A stretch of DNA of 64,000 nt. It comes from Rhizophagus irregularis. Lineage: Eukaryota. Positions 11,285 to 25,192 of the stretch are shown in pieces. The position numbers and the translations under genes were made by a program. Below the pieces are notes generated by a model. It was not told the DNA's origin. It was given only the letters and a program-made list of their open reading frames with translations, and did not search any database. How positions within the stretch are numbered: the first letter of the stretch is position 1; each line of letters opens with the position of its first letter. The DNA is taken from NCBI RefSeq assembly GCF_026210795.1, contig NC_089433.1, forward strand, positions 186,001 through 250,000, given 5' to 3'.

Positions 11285-13791
11285 TTATAAGGCAGATTTT
11301 AAATGTAATAATTCATTATCTCTCTTATAATTATCGATATTTTCAGCATGGTCTGCCATTAAATTATTTTTAATTTGATCAATTTCTCGTTGAGTGAATC
11401 CAAGATATTCATTTAGATAATTGTCTACAGTTCCATATATATCACTAAATTTATGTAATGTTAATATCATTGATTCGTATCTATGTATTTAAAATGATAT
11501 TTCATGAAAAATAAAGGTTAGTAATAAATTAATAAATTAAATAGATTTTTATTTATACAGAAATTTTACTTACTTTGCATTCATTATTTTTCTAATTTCA
11601 TCCATAGTAAAATGACCTTTACATAAGTCGTAATAGGTTTTAATAATATCTTCATTATATTCTGCCAATTATAAATAAATAAATGTTTAAAAAATCAATT
11701 CGATAAATTAACAAATAGATCTATTACTGTAATCAAATACTATATAGTTAATTACTTACGAATATTTCTATTAGTTATTTCATATTCTCTAGCAATAATA
11801 TCATCGCTAACACCACATAATTTTAATACTAACATACATAATACACCAGTTCTATCTTTACCCATTGCACCATGAATGATAAATGGTCTATTGGGATAAT
11901 TTAATATATGTCGAAATACTACTTTATAAGCTGGTCTACCTTCATCTAATATAATCATGCACACTATATTATAAATAAAAATTATATTAATATATTTGAA
12001 ATAAAGGAAAAAAAAAAGTATATATGAATTTCTAATAGTATACTACCATTAGATGAACCTTCGTAGTCTTGAATATATGATGACCATTTTTTGAATAACG
12101 CTTCTTTTGAGTGGTCAGCATCTTTAAATATTGAAATATGAATTCTACTTATTCCTGGTATATTTCTAAATTTTATAACAATATTAGTTAAAATTTTTCT
12201 ATGAAATTCTGTATATTTATTTAATACTTACACGAATCCAATGTCTTGAACTTCAGGAGTTGATCGAAAATCAAATACATTTTGTATGTTAAGCAAATTT
12301 AAAGTTTTAATCCCATTTTCAGTAATTCCATTTAAACTAGCAAAAAAAAAAAATTAGCAATTTTCAGATGAGAGAATTTCAAAGAATCAACCTTAAAGAA
12401 AAATGAAAAAAGATAACTTACTTCCCACTTCTAAAAATAAATCTTTTACGAACATATTTTCTCGTCACATTAGGATAACCACCCAAATCTCTAAAATTTG
12501 TAACACCTTCAACATTCAAATATCTTGGTATACTACTCATAAATTTATTTTTCTCAAAAAATCTCGTAGATTGAAATTCATCCGAAAAATATTCTCTTAT
12601 TGCAGAAACTAATTCATTATGGTGATCACTATAAGAATGGTTTGCGCCAATGATGACTTTTAGTGTATTATTTGGAACTACGTTGGAGAATTCTGCCGCA
12701 TCATTTGGTGTTGTGTACTACAATTAAGAATTGTAAAGAAAAAAACGTTATAAGTGGAGGCAAGCTACCTCTTTAAGCCGGCATTTAGGTCATTACTTTT
12801 TATAAATGAAATTTTACTTTATAAACTTGCCTCATCATTTGTCCCATGAAGTATTAATACTGAAGTAGATTCCGGAAGTTCACGTACTATATAGAGAAAA
12901 TGAATATTTAAAATTTTTTCTTTATTCGGTTCAAAATTAAAGTATATTAAATTTAAGAAACACTTACCAAAAGACATATCAATTGAAACAAAATTTGAAA
13001 AGCTCTCATAAGTAGTCATAACTCTTTTAATTTCTCCATAAAACTTGTATTCATCAACTTTAAAACCTTCACTTTTAAATTTTTTCAAAAATTCTTTTGG
13101 ATAATTTCGTAATAAATTACTAAAATGATATCTTGCTGAAATTGCAACTAAATGCGGTATATTCCTCCTTATTCTTGTAACATAATGATATGACGGAAGA
13201 TTCCCTGTTTCAAAAGTCTGAATGAGTTTGATAAAGTAATGAAAAATAAATTTACGTATATTAATGACATACCCATGGAATGACTTATTATGGCATATAA
13301 TTGATATCCATATTCCCTTTCTAAATATTCCACCACTGTATCAATGTCGTTAATTTCATTCTAGAAATCAAAGAAAGAAAAATGAGGCTGATACTTTGTA
13401 AAAAAGATGATCCGTGTTTTATATTTTATATCAACATAATCACGATTACACAAGATTTTACAGAAAAGTTACCTCACAACTACCATAATCTATAGAAATA
13501 AAATCACTTTCTCCATAACCTCTAAAATCAAAACGAAATGTATCGAATGGCAGTTCTTTTGCTAATTTTGGTTGAAAACTAAAGTTTTTATGTGCTATTT
13601 ATGAAAATATATATTTTAATACAAATGATTTTCATTTAAAAGAAATTTTTCTAAAGAGAAATACCTTGAACGCCATGACACATTATTCCAATTTTTGTAC
13701 CTCTTGTACTTTCTTTTGGTAATTTACGTTCAAGTATGCCAACAATTATTTGTCCTTTATCATTTTTTATTCTTAATAATTCATCACTCAT
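11285..13791 (-). CDS. Alpha/beta-hydrolase fused to a C-terminal tyrosine-phosphatase-family (Y_phosphatase3-like) domain; 11 exons
   Basis: Spliced translation from ATG 13791 gives CHGVQAHKNF, FRFDFRGYGES, SHSMG (nucleophile), HGTNDE (acid) and GANHSY (His). It continues in frame within exon 12717-12422 into EGVTNFRDLGGYP...FIFRSG, then VFDFRS, HGAMGKDRTG, IAREYEIT and YGTVDNYL, to the stop at 11285. Ten introns, one GC-AG (12830-12718). Confidence 0.85.
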
Positions 13792-15851
13792 TCTAAGTAA
13801 TAAAAGCTCTTTTAGCAATAAAAATTAATTTCAGTGTATCTAAAACAAAAGAATTTTATATAATTTTTTTTTTTCGAGTTAGGACGCGTAGTTAATATTG
13901 TTCTTTGGTGCACCCCAAAAATGATCAAAACCCTAATTCAAAATATATGGCAATATGATCAACTGGTGTCACCAGAAGTTCTGACGTATGGATTTGGAGT
14001 ACTTCATGAACCCGGTGCAACAATCCAAGTATTAAAGTTCCCAAGAAAAAGGAGAAATTGTATGAAAAGTTAAATGAGTTGAATGAGTTAAATGAATTTA
14101 CTTATAAGTTGTTACGAATAATACTTATAATAAAAGAGTTTACTTATGTTACAAATAATAATTAATAAAAAGAGTTTACTTATAACAAAATTTTGTGTGA
14201 CAAACGCTAACGTATTTTTTAATAAATAAATTTTTGGATTTTCACATAATTTTCCACAATTTTTTAGGTGGGACGCATTACTACAATTTAGGTTAGCCAT
14301 TCAATATAATTCGATTTATATGGATTATACCCGAAACCTTAAATTACTTTTATCAATAGATGTACAATAGAACAAACAAAATATGAAAGAATAATAATAA
14401 AATTTATTGTTATATTATAAAAAATTCCTCTTTCTCTCTTGTAACATATCATCATATATCATTGTTTCGTTAGACTAAAATCTAATTAATTAAAGCACAA
14501 ATATGCTTTACTCCAGACTAAAAAAATCTTTAGTTTCTAACGCGTACTATTAGAATAGTGAAAATGGATCTTGAGTTCTGGAATAAATGCTATTTAGAAA
14601 AAAATTCGGTATCATAGTTTTTAAAAGCACAAGGAAAACTAAGCTAGATTGTGATGCCTTGATAATATACTGTGGCTGATATACTTATCTGCAATCGTCT
14701 TTGGTCTATCTGCTATGAGAGGATCAACTACGTTTTTTACTCATAATAATCTCTTTTTGCGAGAGAGAAATGTTAAAGAATGAAGAAACTCAACAAATAT
14801 AAATTTACTATAAATTTATTGACGATTACGCAAGAAATCCAAGATTACATTATCCTGGCAGGACGTTAACATGTATTATAGTTAAACTCATTTAATAGTT
14901 TTGTTAATTGATATTTTTTTGTTCGGTCGGGATGTTGTTATCTGAATATTAAAAACTTAGTCGATATCTTATCAATTATCAATTTATCACATCTCGAACG
15001 TGCCATCCGTATAATGGGTGAAAGACTGGGATCAAATTGAATTTGTAAGTCATATATTGAAAAAAACATTGATTAACTCTATGGTCATATGAAATTAATA
15101 TGAGGCGAAGTCACTGCGAACTTTTTTTGAACTCCCATTGTCCATTCTGAAAAAAATCGACTAAACTGTAAAAAGAAAATTTTTCTGTTAGAATCCAAAT
15201 GGCTTAGTTCAGTTTACACGTTTAAGTCGTTTAATAGACCTTGTGCGCCTACCTATTACTATTTAGAGAACAAAATGTCGGTTATCCCTTTACAGTAATA
15301 AACTTTATGTTACACGTTTTAACATCTAAAGCTCCTAAGCCATTCTATCTTTTTATTCCCCGTATTTACAAAACAAAATGTGTGTTGGATTTTCTTTCGC
15401 AACACTTATAAACAATGAATTTCAGAAGCCTGTAGTTCCTTACCACTTATATTTTATTATAATTGAACATTTTATCTGCTTTTTAAGAGCTAGATTGAAA
15501 AAAATTCGGGGGTTTTCTTTGTCTAATCTGTTGTACATCTAAAATAAGGACAATTTATTTATTATTTTATTATTATTTTTTCCCCTAACCTACGCTAAAT
15601 ATTTTTCTTTCATTCTTGAATTTTTCTATTACTTAATGCTTTAATAATCAAGTAAGTATCTTAATCTAATTAATTCATATCATCAAAGAGTCAAGAAAAT
15701 TTTTCAATCAATTTCTCTTAATTTTTTGGCATTCATTGTTTATATAATAATGTTAGATTTGGATTTGAAAGAATCAACATAATCAAATCAATATTAACAG
15801 TATATTTACTCATTCTTTGCAGATTTCATCATATTATAATCTCATTAAGTA

Positions 15852-17561
15852 ATGGATCGAATTCAATGCAATACTATATTATTTCTTTTAATAATTCAAT
15901 TATTATTATTATACGTCAATTTGTCACAATCAAAGGATAATAATAATTTTCCAAATTATGCCATTCGGGTTAATAAACGTGACGCACAGTCGGGAACTCC
16001 TAATATAAATAATACTGTTGCAAAAGAGCCATTAAAGTGTAATGGTGATGCAGCTATTTGCGATCTAAGATATGATCAAGTGGTAAAAATAGCGCGTTCA
16101 TTTTTTTTTTCCAAAGAAAAAGATTTGTTCGAATTTATTAAAGTGAATTCTCTTTTTTTCTTACTTTCACTTTCCCTTTTCGTTATTTTAGACTTATCCC
16201 GGAACTCATAATAGTGCATCATACAATTTAGAATTCGATTGCAATCTAACAGTAAGAAATTGTTTAGATTCAGTAAGTGTATGTAGTAAACAATACGCAC
16301 AATGTTTAATGACATATGGGATGCAATGCGATGCACAAACTTCAGCGTGTAAACAACGGAATCCACAATGGTTACATTGGTTGTGTGAAGGATTCAATAA
16401 GACATGTAGGTCTAGTAATGCTTTGTGTACAGCATGGAATGCTGTTTGTACCAACAGTGATAGAGTTTGTAATGTTTGGGGTAATGCGTGTGAAATTGAC
16501 GTGCCTGATTGGATTATAACTTGTTTTTGGGAAAACAATCCTGGTTATCCTGTTTTAAGACAACTTCAGGATGGTAAGTCTAAATTTTAAAGGAGGAGAA
16601 AAGAGATGATTTTGTTTTGAAATTTGTGTTAACTTTTTTTTTAAAAAAAAAAAACTTTTAGGGATTAGATTGTTTGATTTTGATACATGTCTTTTAAATA
16701 ATGAACATGGAGTTTTTTGCCATGGTCAAAATCCGGCGAGAGCATTGGGAGAAGAATTAGATACAGTATTTCAAGTAATTTTGGATTTCATGAATTCCAA
16801 CCCCAACGAGGTTATAACAATTGAATTTGGTGATACGGATGGAGACCCACAAATACTTAGTAATTATATACAATCAAAACTAGCACAATATTTTGTAAAT
16901 CAAACAACAGGGCATTCAATGATGTATTCAATGTCAGATCCTAATAAGCCATGGATAACATTACGTGAGATGATAAATAATAATACTCGTATAGTTGTTT
17001 TCTTCGGTAGAATTTATAATAATGTACAGAATAGACAACCATGGATACATTATACATATGAATGGTTTACTGAATCGTACAGATATACTTCTAATGATAT
17101 GACTCCTGAACAACTTACCAATAGTTTTAATGGTTATTGTGCTACTTCTGATGCCGTTATTAGAAATGACACACAATTGTATGGTAAAGTGAGATGGCAG
17201 ACAATTGATGATACGTAAGTATTCTTTTTTTAAAAAAAAGTTGTTTATTTGTTTTAAACAAAACTTATTCCTTTTGAAAATTACAAGTGTAGGAATATTA
17301 CCCACTAATATAGAAGAAGCAATAAAGATGGGAAAAAGTCCAGGTCCAGTATGCATAAAAGATTTAGCATTAGGAATTAATTTTGATGTACTAAAAAATA
17401 TTGAAGCATTTTGTTATCCTAGATTTCCCTATTATTTTAGAGTAAGAGTTGATCATTATTGGCAAAGTAGCTTATTTGAAGTTGTTAGAAAAATGAATCG
17501 ACAAAATGTTATAAAGTTCTTAGGTAATGCTACTAGCACTAATAGCGCAAATCCAACTTGA
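15852..17561 (+). CDS. Secreted PI-PLC X-domain-like (PLC-like phosphodiesterase, TIM barrel) protein with a Cys-rich insertion
   Basis: Signal peptide and KR site. Family motifs CNG...CDLRYDQVTYPGTHNS, QLQDGIRLFDFD, FCHG, FMNSNPNEVITI, WITLREMINNNTRIVVF and RVDHY. Exons 15852-16082, 16192-16573, 16662-17214, 17288-17561. Confidence 0.85.
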
Positions 17562-18069
17562 TAATTTTTTGAAGAAAAGGTGGAGGGGAAGAATCGAGAT
17601 GTGCGTGTGATGATCAAGTTAAATGATTTGAATTATTTTGAATTAGTTCTTTTTTTTCCTTTTTTTTTAAAAAAAAAAATGGTTGGTTTTTTTTGTAAAA
17701 TAGCTAATAAAAACATTAAAATTAAAAATTAAAAAGATTATATAATTGAAGGAAACTTTATTTATTTAATAAAAAATCGCATTTGTATAATTGAAAATCC
17801 AACTATATTGTAAATATTAGTCTAATTATATAAATACATTGTCTTTCAAAAAAAGTATTTTTTAAATAAATCATTAAATATTTTTTTTTCCACCAAATAA
17901 ATAAATGATTCAATTGATATTGATTGATTGTCTATTGAAATGACCTCCAAGGTAATAGATTTCTAGGAATATTAAAATAGAACATCCGGAATGTATTTGT
18001 AAATACTATTTCTAATTTAAATTTAAATTTAGCGGCATTTAGTTACCGAAATATCTTGATATATATCAT

Positions 18070-19475
18070 CTAATCTTTGAATTTTTGGTATTCATCAATA
18101 AAATATTCTTTCCTATGATCATTTAAAAAGCTATATTCGCGCATAAAAAAAAAATAAATTTAATTTATTAAAATATATAAAATAGTTACTCTATTCCTAA
18201 TAATTGAGATGAATATAAAAAGTCTTACTTTAGGAAATCTGACAAGTGATATTTCAAGGTGTCTAATGTATCTTCTGCAAGATTCATATTTGAAATCAAT
18301 TGTGGAAAAGATACTAAATAAATTATATAAATAATTAGAATCATTTAATTTCAGTAACTCAAGTAACCACACAAATAACTTCACTAATTTAGTTTACACA
18401 CCAAACAATCTTAATAAATGCTCTGCTCCATATATTTGGGAGTTATCCAATTGTTCAAATTTGTTACGTATTCCTCGATATTGTTGTCTTTCTGATGTAT
18501 ACAATAAACGGGATCTCAAACATTTGTTAAAATAAAATTGCACTCCATCGATGACTTCATTTGCAATACCATCGCTATAATAACGAAAAAAAAAATTAAA
18601 TTTGTAAAATTTTTATAGGAAACACTAATTATGATATTTTTAATATTCTGTATTTACGATTCTTGTCCTCCTTTCTTATTTCGATATGTCCTATATTGAC
18701 TTATAATGTCCTTCACAGAAGGTTTTCTTGGCAAAGGCACGACCTGAATAAACAAACACATTATAAATACTAAATAGATTATATTAGGATATACATAAAT
18801 TTAATTACCAATGATGATTTATCAATATTTTCCCAATCTTGAACTAGAATTGCTCGAAGGGGATCAGGGACAGGAATGTTAATCTTTGGTTTTTTGACAC
18901 TTTCATCCTAAATAAAAGGAAAGAAGAAAACTCAAAATTTTTTTTTCAATCAATATCAACGTAAATAATAAAGCAAACTCTAGTTACTTTGTCCGTTAAA
19001 GTATCTCTCCTTCTTTTCTTCCCTTTTTCAGCTGTAGTTTCTTGAGCAGGTTTTTTAACAGTCGACCTTCCTTTTTTACTTAAAGATTCTTCGAGATTTT
19101 TTTGTTTAGCCAAATTCGCATCATTAAATTTTAACACTCGACCCTCTGAAACCCATTCATCCCACCTACATAAAAACCAAAAAATATAGTTTTTTTTTTA
19201 TTTTCGAAAGAAAAAAAAAAATAATGAATTCTTACGTATTTTTCCATCCTTTGTAATGTATTAGATAATGTGGGCCCGGTAAATTGGTTTTTGGATGTTT
19301 ATTATCCGCTTCTAAAATCTAAAAGAAAATTATTTTTTTTCATTTATCGTAATTGAATAATAATTATTACAATTTTTATTTGTGTATACATTACCTTTGC
19401 TTCATAAATCATAGGTCCATGATAGCAAAGAATTCTTTCACCTTGTTGATAATGAAATTCTTTATTCTGTGCCAT
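18070..19475 (-). CDS. EAF3: Chromodomain-MRG protein (Eaf3/MRG15)
   Basis: MAQNKEFHYQQGERILCYHGPMIYEAK, YLIHYKGWK-WDEWVSEGRVLKFN (chromo barrel), then MRG motifs DWENI, VVPLPRKPSV, LLYTSERQQY and IYGAEHLLRLF. GT-AG introns. Confidence 0.93.
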
Positions 19476-20179
19476 ATTCTTAAAAAGTATTAAGCAAGAT
19501 GATCAAATAAATAAAATGATTTAGAAAAATGAAAGGTTTAAAATCAAGAAAATCCTGATTTATAAAAATTTTCCGGGTATTAAAATAAATGCATTCCGCA
19601 TAATTTCCATTTTTGGTTAAATTAAAAATATGAAGAACGTCACAAATTCCTTTATAAATTTCAAGAATCAAAAAGGTTGATCGATCTCGATTATTTTAAA
19701 AAGGAATTTTAGTGACATAATTTGATTATTACATCATAAAAAAAAATTGGTCATTTCCGGTAATATAACATTATAAACAAAATGTAGTTTTTGTAAATTT
19801 TATTGCGGCTTAAATTCCTTAAATCTAATGGGCTGTGTTGGCTTTTTATATTAAGAAGGAATCTTGCATTAATCAAAAGTTATTTATATTCATGACCAAC
19901 AGGGACTAACTTAATTTGTAAAATGATGTGCCAGCTAAGCCGCGGCAAAGCCTCAAGCTAACTTTAATTTGGTACGGTTTAGGGCGTAAAGTTCGGATTT
20001 CGTATAGCCGAAGTGAGTCCGGCTTATCAAATTTGTATATGGCTGAGACGGCAAATTCACACGTGATGATCAAAAATAATGAATATAAAAGGCTTTTGGG
20101 CAAAAAAAAATTTTCGTTTTTTTCTATAAAAATTTTAGCTTTAAATAACTTTATTTTATTATTCTTTTATTTTGTGACA

Positions 20180-21698
20180 ATGAATTTTTTTAAATATAAT
20201 CCGGCAGTTTCGGACGTTATACCCGGTAATTCATCAACAGGTAAAATATAAAATTATTCCTTAAAAAAAAAAGATAAGATAATCTGATTAATTCCGTGTT
20301 TCTTTCAAATAAATAGATAGTATTAATAGTACGAGTGACGTGGATAGTGAGACTTCAGTAGAAAATACTCTTACAGAAGTTACACTAAATTCTCGTAACG
20401 AATCGGATTCAGATGAAATAGAACAAGATATGCTTCAACACAGTTCCGCAGAAAACGAAATTGATGATGAATCGTCTCCTCAACATAATGAAATAAATAC
20501 ATCCACTTCTGTTAATTCGAGTAGTCCTGATAGTGAAAAAAGCACAAATGATAAAAATATAAATTTGCCATTGTTCAAGAAATCTCCGTTAGATATCTCA
20601 TCCATTTGCACTTCTTCAGAATCAAATGACACGAACGTTCAAACTATTCAACGTTCTCATGACGTTAACAATTCAAATCGCAAGCGTAGTTTCATAAACT
20701 ATGAAAACAATTCGTATGTTTGCTCTGAACCATCTTGTAAGAAAAGATTTACTCAAACGGGAGATTTAAAGAGACATCAACGTATTCATACTGGCCATAA
20801 ACCATATGCATGCGAAGAATGTGGGCGAGAATTTTCTCGATTAGATACTTTAAAAGAGCACAAACGAACTCATACTGGTGAAAAACCCTATGCATGTGAT
20901 TTTTTGGGATGCAATAAAAAATTTAGTAAATCGGGTAACTTACGACAACATCAACGTACTCATACAGGAGAACGTCGTTATATTTGCCAAGAACCTGGTT
21001 GCAATAAAAAATTTATGTATTCAGGAGATTTGAAAAGACATAAACGCTCTCATACTGGAGATAGTCCTTATGCGTGTAATTATCCCGATTGTAACAAAAA
21101 ATTCGGAAGGATGGATTCTTTAAAAACACATCAACGAATTCATGTGGCGAAAGAAGCATCCGCTTCTGAAACCGTTGATAATAAGGCATCAAATAATAAA
21201 CTAGTATCGAATTTGAAAATACATCAATTCATTAATGCAGAAGAAAAACCATTTGCATGTACCGAAGCTGGTTGTGATAAAAAGTTCTTACGTTCTGGAG
21301 ATTTGAAAAGACATCAACGTGGTCATACTGGGGAAAGACCTTATCAATGTGATAATCCAGGATGTAATATGAAATTTGGACGTTTGGATATATTAAAGTC
21401 ACATAAGCGTACTCATGCTGATAAAGAAAAAGTTTGCGATGAGCCTGGATGTAATAAGAGGTTTAGTAAAACAAGCAATCTTCGTTCTCACCAACTTGTT
21501 CATAATGGAGAAAAACGCTTTGTATGTGGTGAATTGGGTTGTGGCAAGAAATTTATGCGTTCTGGTGATTTAAAGAGACATGCACGTGGACATACTGGCG
21601 AGAAACCCTATGCTTGTGAGGATCCTGGTTGTTTAAAAAGATTTGGTCGTTTAGATAGTTTAAAAACGCATCAACGTACTCATCTTACGGATGGTTAA
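20180..21698 (+). CDS. C2H2 zinc-finger protein with 10 fingers and an acidic/Ser-rich N terminus (probable transcription factor)
   Basis: Exon 1 is 20180-20240 and exon 2 is 20317-21698, in frame with ORF 20340. Ten CX2-4CX12HX3H fingers with TGEKP-type linkers. Confidence 0.92.
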
Positions 21699-23264
21699 GA
21701 TAATAAATTGATTTTACAAATTTTAAAACATTATTTGATAGTTGAATAGTTATTAGTAAATAAAATATAGTTATTATAATTTCTTTTAAATTCTTTAATG
21801 AACATTTATGAACATTTATTTAGAAAAAAATTAGAAAAGTTTTAATAAAAAATTAATTGATTTTTAATTTGCTATAGCCGTGGTAAAGTATAAAGTGAAC
21901 TTCATCCATAGAGAGAATATGTTTATATGATAGTAAAGTGGGAACGTGAGAATGTACATGAATAGTGCATATTGGGAGTTCACCAATACAAAGATATACA
22001 ATGATACCTTAATTACCTTATATGGCTTATTATTGATTAATGTTCTTTTTAAATATTAAACTCACTAATTCATTTGATCTAGATCCTTTCGTCCAATCAA
22101 TTTGATATTGTTTCAAAAATCGTTAATTTTTACAGTGTTCTCCCATTTCATGTAATAAGTATGAACTTATGCACAGTACTTATTGTATATAAAAATTCCG
22201 TGATAAATTTTTTTAATTAATAAATCTTTTAATGCTTCGTGCCCGTTTTATGAATGTAATTAATTATTGGGTAGAAACATCCTTCATAACCAACCAACGC
22301 TAAATTTTTGAAATTTCTGATCATAATTACCAAACGAAACTTCCAAAAAATCCTTGAACGTAATTATCGATAATATAATTATCACTTGATTTCATTCAAG
22401 AGCTGATATATGCTTTCTTCCGTAGACTTGTTCGAACTTCAAAGAGCAGCTGCTATACATTTTTCATTTTACATAGAAGAAAGGTAACGGTATATTTTAT
22501 CATTGTTTATGTAAGATGGATTACATGTAACAGTTATATGCTCTTCAAACAATGCTTCAATTTCCAAAATCTAAAATCTCAAGTATGTCATTTTGTCATT
22601 TTGCAATCTAAACTGATCCTACACTATAATCAAATAAAAAGATTACCGTCTCTTAATACTTTAGACTTTCCTGCCGAAACAAAAGAGTAAAGTTCTTTAT
22701 CTGAGAATTTGTATCAGCATTTATAGAAAAATTTTTATTGGAAATTCTATTTTGTATTTGCTGAAATCTTCATTTAATTATAAACCTGTCTCCTGAGTCC
22801 TAATCAACGTTAATTACCAATTCGCCTATGAATCGGACCATACTGAGAAATTCTGGATTACTATGGTATCAATTGATTTTATTTATCGTTATTTTCGGAA
22901 AGGTGTGGCCAGTTTATCTTTATGTCTATGGGGAACAATCAATCAAATTTTCAAAATTAAGTTTTAATGGTTTTGGAAAAGCAAGAAATCTGGAATCTCG
23001 TGATCTCTCAATTGGGTCACAATACGACCATAATGAACAAATGTCAATATAAAAATAAATTTTCTCTATTAACAGTATAACTCACCAATTTCCAAAATTC
23101 CTATCTTTCTCTCAATTTTAAATTTTCTATCAATGGATTATCAGAGATAAATTCTCTTTTTTTAAATTAAATTAGCAGAAATTTATTGATATAAACAAGT
23201 GATAGAAATATACAACAAATTTGATGACGTAGGAATATTGAATTAAAAGTAATAATGATAGATG

Positions 23265-24945
23265 TTATCCTTGTTGATTCGAAATAAACTTTGAGCCTAA
23301 TGGTATAATTGATAACATTAATTAAAATTTAATTATTAAAATTATATTCAATAATTTAAAAAGATTAGAACTTACGTAGATCTTCATATCTTTTCGTTCT
23401 GAACTTATCAATCTTAATTAAACGATCACAAATTGTAACAATTTCATCATCAATCTTCTTTGAATCCTCTTTCACGTTTGATTTTAACTCGCTTAAAAGA
23501 TTTGCTAAGGTTTGTAAACAATCTAATAGAATAAATTAAAAAATAATGTTAAATGTAAAATGTATAATATATAAATATATGCTTTCCAATTTTAAACTTA
23601 TACAAACATTTGCTATCTGGTTCTAATTCCAATAATTCTCTAACCACGTTAATTTCACGTTGCAAAAGTTCAATTCTTTCTGATGTATTTATCGATAAAT
23701 TCTGATTTAATGAATTTGATGATTCTTTTGATTCTTCATTCATTTGTGAAGTAGATATAATAGAACCTAAAAATAAATAAAAAGTTTAAAATAAAATTAA
23801 AGTAAATATTAATGTCAAATTTTTCATACCTTGAGCAACCAACCACCAATGATATAGCCATGCACTTTGATCATCTGGATCAGTATAAAATGCCGCTTTT
23901 ACCAATTCAAATTCTATAAAAAAATGTTTGTTTTTTTTAAAAAAAAAAATTGAGTTTTTAAAGAATGTAATCATTATTTTTACCTTTATCAATTAGTTTT
24001 TTTTTCTTGTTCATCCAAATTTTTCTCTTTTATTAAAAGTGGTAATAATTTACTTCGTTGATGCCAAGCCGAATAATTAGAGAAATTTTGATTAATCTTT
24101 GTAGTTGTAAAATCAAACTCAATTTGAGTGAGCGAAGTTTCAGTTGTGCAAGAAAGTTTTGATGTCACATAACGTCGGTAATCCCAAGCGTGAACTTTTA
24201 AACCATTTTTGATAAATAAATAGTTAAAAATAATAAAAAGAATATTATTATTATTGTTGTTAAATTGAAATATTACTTACAATTTCTAGCATCCAATTCC
24301 AAAAATTTTCCGACAAGTTGCAATTCTTTATCCCAATCTGGATTCTGCATAGTTTCTAAACACCATCTTCTATGATTAAAAATCCAATAAGATTTCGGAT
24401 TTAACTGAAAAAGTTCTTGAAGAAAAACCAACTCGGTTGATAAAGTTTGTTGTTTATCTTCTTCTGAACTAATTTAAATAAATTAAAAACATTTATTTTG
24501 TTAAATTAACATTGAAATAATGAATTTAATAGAAAATACCATTCTTTTAGAAGCCCATTTAATAAAATTAATCTCCTAAAGTTCCATATTGAATAAAAAT
24601 CAGGGTTTTGTGACAATATTTTTGTAGTTAAAGCAAGTGCATCATTATCAAATTCTTTTTTATCTTTCTAATAATAATTATGATAATAAGTACATTAATA
24701 AATTAATTAAATTGATAAAATATATAAGTATATAAAAGAACGTTAAGAAATGACTTACTTTTTGAAAATACGACTCAACTAAATTCCTATATTCTTTTAT
24801 TTTAGTTACTTCCTTTTCTTTACGAAGTTTTTCTACTTCAGCCGATGGTTTTACTCGCTTACGGCCATGCTAATTGTAAAAAATGTGTATGTATATCATC
24901 TAATATATTTTTATCAGTTATTAAAAAATTCTAGATTCATACCAT
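23265..24945 (-). CDS. BET4: Rab geranylgeranyltransferase (type II) alpha subunit
   Basis: M|HGRKRVK start (first coding exon is ATG only). Prenyltransferase alpha repeats [65 protein letters not shown] and LLELEPDSK. Confidence 0.92.
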
Positions 24946-25192
24946 TTTGTAAAAAATTAAAGAATGAAATTTTAACCATATGTAATAAAAATGAATTTAA
25001 TATAATGTAGTGGCACATGACAATCATCTGAGATCATAACAACGTGAAATAAATGACTATCATCTGTCCAATTTTTTAAAAGAGATTTTTTGGTCATAGA
25101 TCCCTGGAATAGTGATGTCAAATGATCAAGTCACTTGCCGAATGATTGAGCCTTTGGGGTCAACTGTATTGTCGCTTATATTATAGTTGTGG

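Noticed and set aside
12422..12540. Independent phosphatase gene starting at ATG 12540
   Set aside because: The upstream frame is open and continuous with the hydrolase catalytic His region, which has no stop of its own.
16076..17356. Antisense and alternate-frame ORFs over the PLC-like gene
   Set aside because: They are shadows of the spliced plus-strand gene and have no recognisable motifs.
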